A stretch of 64,000 nt of DNA, taken from assembly GCF_009914755.1 (NCBI RefSeq), contig NC_060940.1. One strand, given 5' to 3'. Every line of letters starts with the position of its first letter. Position 1 is the stretch's first letter. Under the pieces are notes generated by a model that was not told the DNA's origin, made no database searches, and saw nothing but the letters and a program-made list of their open reading frames with translations. The stretch is from the human T2T-CHM13v2.0 reference genome, Homo sapiens. A program made the position numbers and the translations under genes. Below are positions 53,164 to 64,000 of the stretch, in pieces.

Positions 53164-54145
53164 GAGATGGACCCAAAGCTAAGAGGTACCTACTTGCCAA
53201 GACAGCAGACTGCTTCAACAGAGACCCAGGTCCTGGCTCTGTCCCTCCCTCCCTCGTCCTTACCCCATCCCCCCCTCATCAAATAACAAGGCAGAAAACA
53301 GGCCCAGGTACAACAGCAGGTTCTTTTCCAATTCCTCAAAGCGCTGCATGGGGTGGGGGCAGAGACAGAAGAGAATGTAAACATTGGGTTCCACCCCCTG
53401 GAGCTCAAGGGAAGACCCTTACCCAGATAGGGACTAACTGGAGGGGTGGAAGGGAACAAGGTGAAAGGTATGGGTCCTGGTGAGACAAAAGCAGGGGGGC
53501 CTGAGAACACAGAGCAAGGTGGGTTTGGAGGGAGCACAGCAGGGTGCAGGAAGGGAGATGGGGGACATTTCCTATTCCAGTGCATGTCCCCTTAAATAAA
53601 CTGGGTACAGGAGCATTATGGAAGGAGAACCAAAGGACAGAAGACAAAGCGAGCACCCCCACCCCAGGCCAACGCCATCCTCTGTACACAATTACAACAC
53701 AGGTCCAGAATGAGAGCCCTGGCCAGGAAGTGGGGGAGACAGGGAGGGCTGAAGACAGGGAAAAGGAAGCCAGCTCCACCTCATGGTAAGGGGAGCTATG
53801 GAGTGTAAGAATCTGAAACTGCTGACTCCCATCACCAGGAGTCACCCCTGGGATGACAACGGGCCATTCAGGACAGCACCTAGGAGGGGACCCAGAGGGA
53901 ACTGGGGCAGGAGCGACAGAGACCCCAGCTGAGCCTCATGGGAGATGAGAGGCTCCAGACTCATTTGCAGCTGCCCATCTGTCCTGCCCGTGTAGGGATC
54001 AGCAGCTGGCGAGGAGATGGGGAACCAAGCCACTTTCCCCAGCAAGGGACAGCCTGACAAGGTGCTAGGGGGTGGCACCTTGGGCCAGGCCTGTTCTTGG
54101 CTGAGGGAAAGAGGGGGGCCATGCAGTCCAGCCCCAGGGCAGAGG

Positions 54146-54775
54146 TCAGAAGTAAGCGTCCTGCCGGGCCTCGGCTGAGGGCCTGTCCCCACCATCATGG
54201 GGGCCTGGGGGCCCATCTGCCTTTCGACGCAGCGAAAGCTTCCGGCCTTGAGCCTTCTTCTCCTGCTTCTGCCGCTCCTTCTCCTGCTTCTCTCGCTCCT
54301 TTTCCTGCTTCTCTCGCTCTTTCTCCTGCTTCTGCCGCTCCTTCTCCCGCTCCTTCTCCTGTTTCTGCCGCTCCTTCTCCTGTTTCTGCCGCTCCTTCTC
54401 CTGCTTCCGGGTCTCCTTGCTGGAACCCAAGGGGGTGCTATTGCCAGTGGGTGAGGGAAGGGATGGATGCAGTCCCTCAGCAGTGACCACAGGCCCTGGG
54501 GCAGGCCCAGCACTGGCTCTGCGGACGGGGGGCGGCGGGGACGGGGCCCCTCCAGCTGCCCGGGAGCCTCGGCTCTTGAGGCCAGGGAGGCTGAGGAGGC
54601 TGGAGGAGGGGCCCAGGGGTGGCTGTTGCCGCCGGCGCTCCTCGTGGATGGCCCGGGACCCATGCAGTCGCCGTGAGGGCCGATACTGCAGCTCCCCCCG
54701 CGTTTCCCGCCACTTCTTGAGCTGGGCTGCATTCTCCCGCTCAATCAGTGCTTCTGTCACCGGCAGATTGGTCAC
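54146..54775 (-). CDS. TBC1D10B: TBC1D10B last coding exon (KQEKER repeats, PDZ-ligand-like DAYF end)
   Basis: [22 protein letters not shown]...[10 protein letters not shown]; tgcag| acceptor; 630 nt. Confidence 0.96.
54256..54407 (-). repeat. Coding ~21-bp tandem repeat (KQEKER[Q/E])n in TBC1D10B
   Basis: Repeated ctccttctcctgtttctgccg-type units. Confidence 0.9.
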
Positions 54776-54864
54776 CTGCACAGAGAGGAAATGCGTACCA
54801 GAATGGAGCTGAGGGTGGGAGCGGGCTGAGGCAGGCAGGGGCTGCGTTGAGGGCACAGGCCTAC

Positions 54865-55019
54865 CTCATGCACCAGGAAGTCTTCCTGCATGCACTGCTG
54901 GGGCAGGTTACGCAGCTGCTCCATGGTCTCATACATGCCTTGGCAGGAGCGCAGCTTCTCCACTGAGCCCAGCGTGTGGCGCAGCAGGACCAGGGCCACC
55001 CGGAAGATGATCTTAACGC
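54865..55019 (-). CDS. TBC1D10B: TBC1D10B exon 8
   Basis: [51 protein letters not shown]; 155 nt. Confidence 0.95.
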
Positions 55020-55373
55020 CTGCAGGGGTGGAGAGTAGAGAGCATGGGGTGGTCAGACCCAAGATCTCAGCCTGTCCTGATCAGGATAGACTCACAGCCC
55101 CCATCCCCATCTACTGCCAATCTCAGATGAGGAAACTGAGGCCCTGTGAAAGTACATGAGCTGCTATCAGTCTCAGGATCTTGGCAGGGAGAGCAGGCTC
55201 TGGGTTGGTGGCAGAACTAAAATCAGGCCTGTTTCTCCAGCCCCCAGCTGCTTATGGTGAAACCTCCACCCAACAAGTACCTTTTGTCCATGGACCACCA
55301 GAAATATGACAGAACCCCTGGTAGCCACCACAGAAACCCCAGCCCCTCATGGCCTGGAGGGCCACAGAAGTAC

Positions 55374-55563
55374 CTTCACAGAAAAACATGTCCCAGACAC
55401 GCAGCACCGACGCCCAGGGCAGGGTGCGGGCGAAGATGCACATGAACCACTCCGTCATGTAGAGCACAGGGTCAATGCGCTGCCGCCGCAGGTGGCGATG
55501 CGCCAGCGGGGAGGCCCGGCGCAGGAGTGCAAAAAAGATCTCCCCGTCCAGCTGAATGGCCTC
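55374..55563 (-). CDS. TBC1D10B: TBC1D10B exon 7 (TBC domain)
   Basis: [14 protein letters not shown]...[29 protein letters not shown]; 190 nt. Confidence 0.95.
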
Positions 55564-55739
55564 CTGCAGGTGGGACAAGCCATGAGAAGAGGGCCAAGTC
55601 AGCTGTGCCCCCATCAGGGGAGAACTGGCCGGCCCTGTGGGCAGAAGCCGGGAAGGCCAGGGTGGGGCAAGGCAAGGACCTGCCTGCAGCCTGGAGGAAA
55701 CGCCACAGCCCCGGATGCACCCAGCCTCCAGACACTCAC

Positions 55740-55805
55740 CAGCCCTGCACTGTAGTAACCTGGGAGGTACTTGTCGCAGATCTGCACCAGGCACCAAAAG
55801 GCTTG
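55740..55805 (-). CDS. TBC1D10B: TBC1D10B exon 6
   Basis: [22 protein letters not shown]; 66 nt. Confidence 0.95.
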
Positions 55806-55928
55806 CTGAGAAGAGCAAGAACAAGGAGGAGGGGTGGGGCCTGAGAAGCAGGGAGCAGGGAGCTCCCCCATCACCACTGTAGGGTGAGATCCCCCCTGCC
55901 CCTCCCGGCCCAGGACCAGGGCGCTGAC

Positions 55929-56043
55929 CTCCGCAGGCATGTGCATGAGCAGGACCGCAGCCACGGGGGCCTGGGCCTGGCAGTAACCCTCGTCAGGCCG
56001 GTAGATGGTGTAGGCCTTCAGGATTCGGTACAGGTCCTGTTGC
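55929..56043 (-). CDS. TBC1D10B: TBC1D10B exon 5 (YxQ Gln finger)
   Basis: [38 protein letters not shown]; 115 nt. Confidence 0.95.
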
Positions 56044-57566
56044 CTGTGGGGGTTGGGGAAGACTGTGAGGGCAGTCACGGGCTGAGAGCTCTGTCCCCAA
56101 ACCCAGTTCCAGATTCGTCCCAGAGTTTATCACCAGGCTCCTCCATCCACCTGCCCAGTCCTGCTGAGCGAGCTTCAGCTAAAGGCTCAGCCCACAGCAG
56201 AGCACTCCAGGCCCCGGGGCTCCGCCTTTGGCTACATACTCCACATGCTCCTGGCCATCCCAGCACAGGCTGCACCCTCGCCCTCCTTCCTCAGCCACAT
56301 CCCAGAAACCTTCCAGGTCATTTTCTCCAGGAAGCTTTCCACAGCTGCAGCATCAGCCCTCCTCTAGCACTAAATGTCTTTGTCACCCCAAAGCAGTAGC
56401 TCCCCAGGGCAGGGCCTGCCTTATCGGTCTCACTGGATTTCATGGTTCTTGGGGAAGGCTTGGAAGCCAGCTGTGCCTCAGCCCTTTCTCCTGTCTCTGC
56501 ATCCAAAAGAATAAAATCTGTACCCTAGATCTGCTGTTCTTGAGGGTGCCCCACTGCCGTGTCCAGGACTTCTATTCACTCAGCCCCACATCAGAAAAGA
56601 GCCCCTTACTCCAAGCCTAAGCAGCGCTGCACCCTGAATTCCATTCCTGCCTGCTCCTCTCCACCTCCACAGCCATTCGCAGCTCAGACCTCCATTTCTT
56701 GCCCATAAAAAATGACCTCCCAGATCCTCTCCCTGCCTCCAGTCTCACACATCCTCCTCCTGACCACTTCCCAGAATAGCTTTTCCCAAAACTCCAGGCA
56801 TTCAAGTGTGATCTTCATTTGTATTTTATCTGCATACCACCCTACTATTTAGTTGACATTTTTTCTCCACTTTGCAAAAGCATCCACGAAATGACAGGTT
56901 TGATATGGTTATTTTACCTAATGCATATTAAAATAAATATGTAACTTCCACAAGCACCCACACCCATCACCCACCTGCCTGCTTCCGTGTCCCTGCCTTC
57001 TCCCTGTTGCTATGGGTGAAGAGTCTGTGATCCTGGCAAGCACTTCCTTTCCACTTGGGCCCAGGATCCCATCCCCTCTCGCGTGTACAGGCCACCACTC
57101 CAACAACCCTCCCCTTGCTCCTGCACTATCAATTTCTCTCTCCACCGTTCCCACAAGCATACCCACATGCTGTTATTTGAGTTTAAAAAAAAAAAAAGTC
57201 TCTTCACCAGGCGCAGTAGCTCGCGCCTGTAATCCTAGCACTTTGGGAGGCCAAGGTGGGTGGATCACCTGAGGTCAGGAGTTCGAGACCAGCCTGGCCA
57301 ACATGGCAAAACCCCGTCTCTACCAAAAATACAAAAATTAGCCAGGTGTGGTGGCGGGCACCTGTGATCCCAGGTACTTGGGAGGCTGAGGTGGGAGAAT
57401 CACTTGAATCTGGGAATCTGGGAGGCAGAGGTTGCAGTGAGCCAAGATCACACCACTGCACTCCAGCCTGGGCGACAGTCAAGCTCTGTCTCAAAACAAA
57501 CAAAAAAAAGTCTCTTTACCCCTCTCTTCCCTCCAAATACCACACTGTTTCTTTCCTTACCTATAG

Positions 57567-57758
<192 letters not shown>

Positions 57759-57979
57759 TAAAATGCCCGGCTAATTTTGTATTTTTAGTAGAGACGGGGT
57801 TTCTCCATATTGGTCAGGCTGGTCTCAAACTCCTGACCTCAGGTGATCCGCCTGCCTCAGCCTCCCAAAGTGCTGGGATTACAGGCGTGAGCCACCGCGC
57901 CCAGCCACAAAACTGTTTTTTTTTTTCCTTTGAGACAGAGTTTCGCTCTTGTTGCCCAGGCTGGAGTGCAATGGCGTGA

Positions 57980-58280
<301 letters not shown>

Positions 58281-59133
58281 TGACCTCATGATCTGCCCGC
58301 CTCGGCCTCCCAATGTGCTGGGATTACAGGCGTGGGCCACCACGCCTGGCCTTTTAAAAATATTTTTAGTAGAGACGGGGTTTCACCATGTTGGCCAGGC
58401 TGGTCTTGAACTCCTGACCTCAGATGATCTGCCCGCCTTGGCCTCCCAAAGTGCTGGGATTACAGGTGTGAGCCACCGCACCCAGCCACAAAACTGTTTT
58501 TAACATGGTCACTAATGACTTCTCCAGTGTTCAATCCAGAGGTCAATTTTCAGGCTGGACTTTATTGGACCCTTCAGCAGCATTTCACACAGCTGATGCT
58601 TGAAACCCCACTACATTTTGCTCCCAATCACATGCTCCTGGTCCTCCTCCTACCTCTAGCTTCTCATTCCAGTCTCCTTTACCGGCTCTTTCTCATCTTC
58701 CCATTCTCAAACTATTGGAGCTGCAGGGCTCAATTGTTGGACATTTCGCATCAATTCCTTTTGTATCTACACTTGTTGCCTTTGTGACTTCATCCAGTCT
58801 CGTGGGTAAGATTTAGTCCCTCTATAAGTTGACGACTCTTAATTTCCAATTTATCTCCAGTTTAAACATCTGCCCTGAAATCCAGGTTTGTGTATACTGT
58901 ACACTGAACTTACATCTCTATCTAGAGGTCCAATAAGCATTTTAAACTTAATGTTCCCTGCCGGGCATGGAGACTCACACCTGTAATCCCAGCACTTTGG
59001 AGGCCGAGGTGAGCAGATCACTTGAGGTCAGGAGTTCGAGACCAGCCTGGCCAACATGGCAAAACCCCGTCTCTAATAAAAATACAAAACTTAGCTAGGC
59101 ATGGTGGCGGGTGCCTGTAATTCCAGCTACTCA

Positions 59134-59298
<165 letters not shown>

Positions 59299-60132
59299 CT
59301 ACCTTTACCCCATCTGTATTAGTAAACAGCAACTCCATTCTTCTCATTTCTCAGGCCAAAAACCCTACTCCCCTCTCTCCTCTCACACTGCATGTCTAAT
59401 CCATTGGCAAATCCCTTTGACTCGACCTTCAAAATATATCCAGAATCCAACCACTTCTCCCCATACTCCCGCTGCTACCATGCTGGTCTAGCTCTCACCC
59501 TCTCCTGGATTACAGGAAGTCTCCTAACTGGTCCGTTTCTGTCCTTGTCTCCCTATAGTCTGTTCTCAGCATGGTAGCCAGAATGACCCTTTTAAAACAT
59601 AAGCAGGATCAAGTCATTTGTAACCCCATCCCCACTCACATTCTCTATTTCCCTCTTGCTTTAAACTCCTCTTTAGGCCCAGGCACAGTGGCTCACGCCT
59701 GTAATCCCAGCACTTAAGGAGGCTAAGGCAGGCGGATCGCTTGAGCCCAGGAGTTCAAGACCAGCCGGGGCAACATGATGAAAACCCATCTCTATCAAAA
59801 AACAAATAAAAGTAAAAATAAAAATAACCTCCTCCTTAATGCTTACCATCATTTCACATACAATATACTTTCCTTTCCCTGATTTATTGTTTGTCCCCAC
59901 TAAAATATAAACACCATGAGAGGAGTTTTTGGTTTTTTGTTCACTGCAATCATTTGTGACTAGACAGTGCCTGGTAGATAGCAGATGCTCAATAAATATT
60001 TGCTAAAGGATGAATTATTGATTTAAAAAATTGTCCGGCTGACCGTGTTGGCTCACGCCTATAACGCTAGCACTTTGGGAGGCCAAGGCAGGTGAATCAC
60101 CTAAGGTCAGGAGTTCGAGACCAGCCTGGCTA

Positions 60133-60318
<186 letters not shown>

Positions 60319-60442
60319 TCAAAAAAAAAAAAAAAGAAAAGAAAGAACAAAAAGTCCATCTGGCCAGGCGCAGTGGCTCACACCTGTAATCCCAGCATTT
60401 TGGGAGGTCAAGGCGGGCAGATCACTTGAGGTTGGGAGTTCA

Positions 60443-60964
<522 letters not shown>

Positions 60965-61102
60965 TTAGTCCATTACAGATAGCTCTTCTACAAGTCCTGA
61001 AGGGCAAAAACCACTTTCGACTCAGTCTTGTATCCACCTAGCTAAAAGGTGGATCCTCCAGCCAATGTTTGCTGACTGACCCCCATGGTCCGGCCACCTT
61101 AC

Positions 61103-61209
61103 CCATGCCCCCCTCGAGCAGCAAACATCTCGTGGAAAGGGAACTGGCGGTGCAGGTCCTTCTCAATCACATCCAGCCACTTGGGGTCCCCAGGAGCCCG
61201 TTCCAGCTC
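61103..61209 (-). CDS. TBC1D10B: TBC1D10B exon 4 (IxxDxxR Arg finger)
   Basis: [35 protein letters not shown]; 107 nt. Confidence 0.95.
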
Positions 61210-61307
61210 CTGCAGTGGGACAGTGGGGATTACCTCAGCATCTGGGGGAACTGATACCCCTTGCACAGACAGGGCCACATGTCCCCACACCTTGGAGCTG
61301 CACGCAC

Positions 61308-61415
61308 CTCAAACTTTCCTGGGTTCTGCTCCAGAAGTTCCTTGCTATTAGACAGGTACTGCCAGGCCTTGGCTCTGAGAGAGGAGGGGATCCCCTTCCG
61401 GCAGCGCAGCTTCAC
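61308..61415 (-). CDS. TBC1D10B: TBC1D10B exon 3
   Basis: [36 protein letters not shown]; 108 nt. Confidence 0.95.
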
Positions 61416-61697
61416 CTAAGGCAAAGTGGCAGGAGGGGGACAGCTTCAAGGGCTGGCACAGCCTCCAACCTTTCCCCAGCAGTCCACAAACTCCCTGGAT
61501 ACTCCTCCGACATCCCATAGGCTTGATTCCACTGGACCTGGCCTGGACTTCTATTTTTAAAGCCATTCCCCCGCCAGGGCCCATCTATCCCCAGTGTGGT
61601 CCAGAGGGCAGATATTATCGGCTTCCTGGGCTTCCCTGGAGCACATGCTACCCCTCCCAACTTGTGCATTGCCCTGCCCACCATTCAGCCCTCAAAC

Positions 61698-61797
61698 CTT
61701 CTGGAATCGCCGTGACAGCCACTTATCCCAGTTACTGAACATGTCCAGCCATTTGAGCTCCCGCTGCCGAGCCACGTCCACGGGAATGGAGCTCTCT
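61698..61797 (-). CDS. TBC1D10B: TBC1D10B exon 2 (exon 1 outside the window)
   Basis: ESSIPVDVARQRELKWLDMFSNWDKWLSRRFQK; 100 nt; AG/GT boundaries. Confidence 0.94.
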
Positions 61798-62209
61798 CTG
61801 CAGGGTCGGGGGAGCACGGAAGGGGTCAGTAGCAATAGTGCAAAACCTGCATTGCAGGGGGAACTGAGGCAAGCCACCTCCCCAAGCTCAAACGAGAAAC
61901 TGGATAGTCTGTGAGCTGCCAAACATCAGGATGTCTGGCCACTTGGGCATCCCAAGGCACACTGAAAGGGCTTCCTTCCCTGATGGATCTCTATTCAGAG
62001 GTCATATTTAAATCTCACTTCTGACACATCCAAATCTGGGGAGAGAGTATGGAGTATTTTAAAGCCACATTTTGCATTAGATCTGGATCCACGTCCTAGC
62101 TTTACCATTTATTCATTGTGTGACCTTGGGCAAATCACTTAATTTTGCTAAGCCCAATTTCCTCATCTGTAAGGTGGAGAAAGTAACAATATCTACCCGA
62201 AGGGGTTTA

Positions 62210-62761
<552 letters not shown>

Positions 62762-63089
62762 TTAGACGCAACCATCTGAGTTTTGTCCTATCAAATGTTT
62801 AAGATCCCTTGGGTCACCTGCAATTTACTCTACCTCCTCCTCCCTGAAATCACCCCAGGCAAATAAAGGACTCCCTGCCCTATTTACTCACTGTTCTGTC
62901 AGAGGTTCATACTCATGGTGCCCCATCATTCTTCAAACACTTACTTGTAGGAGCCAGTACTAGGAGGTGAGTAGAACGGAAGAAAGCTTGGGTCTTAAGA
63001 ATCAAACCTACCTAAGTTCAAATTTCAGTTCTGTCTCTGAGACAATAGGGAGCTTTGTCAAGGGATGACCTGAGTCCCTTCCTCAATTA

Positions 63090-63448
<359 letters not shown>

Positions 63449-64000
63449 TCACAAAGTTATGAGAAGACTATTGAGAAACTGCATATAAACATCTGTTAAA
63501 TAGAAGGGGCTCGTTAAATGTTAGTTTCCTTTGTTCTAGAAGCTCCTTAAACAGAGAGACCATCTCTCATTAATTTCTATCATAAGTCGGTTACAAACTC
63601 TACCAAGGGCTGGGAAGAGTAAGATACCTTCTGGCCCTCAAGAAGGTTACAGCCTAAGAGGAGCGATAACTGTAATACAGCATGGGAAATGCAATGACAA
63701 AGATGCACCAAAGACACATCTAATTGGAGTGGGGGCAGTGGGTATCAGGGAAGCTTCCTGGAGGAGGGGACATCTGAGGTAAGCCATGAAGAAATGAGTA
63801 GAACTTAGCAGGCAAAGAAAGGGGAGAAGAGCACCCTTGGCAGGTGCACAGCCTGAATATGAAGGGGAAAGGACTACAACTAGTTCAGCAGGACCACAGC
63901 GCAAAGCACCCGGTGAGGAATGGTGGCAAAGGTGACCAGAGAGGCTATGCGCAGGCCAAAGAGCCTGAACTTCATCCTGTGGACAGCAGCGAGCCACTGA

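Noticed and set aside
53842-54744. 300-aa Arg/Ser-rich alternative-frame ORF over the last TBC1D10B exon
   Set aside because: Shifted reading of the KQEKER repeat in GC-rich sequence, with no ATG start.

Overview
This is Alu-dense primate (very likely human chr16p11.2) genomic DNA, not prokaryotic; most entries in the ORF track are Alu-derived noise. Left to right: (1) the 5' end of an unprocessed SMG1 duplicate on the minus strand (exons 1-3, ~29 kb intron 1, CpG-island promoter at ~31 kb; probably SMG1P5); (2) head-to-head with it, a duplicated fragment holding exons 1-2 of carbonic anhydrase CA5A with a nonsense codon; (3) the complete CD2BP2 gene (minus, 341 aa); (4) a bidirectional ETS/YY1/CRE/E-box promoter; (5) TBC1D10B exons 2-9 (minus; exon 1 lies beyond the window). 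The main find is at 52520-53163 (+), between CD2BP2 and TBC1D10B. Three small lesions (two +1 frameshifts, one TAG) hide a ~213-aa Sesquipedalian/IPIP27 (PHETA1/2, FAM109)-family reading frame with the MKL start, PH domain and OCRL-binding F&H motif. It looks like a third family member that has become a pseudogene. Gene identities come from recalled protein sequences plus GT-AG/phase checks; no database search was run.
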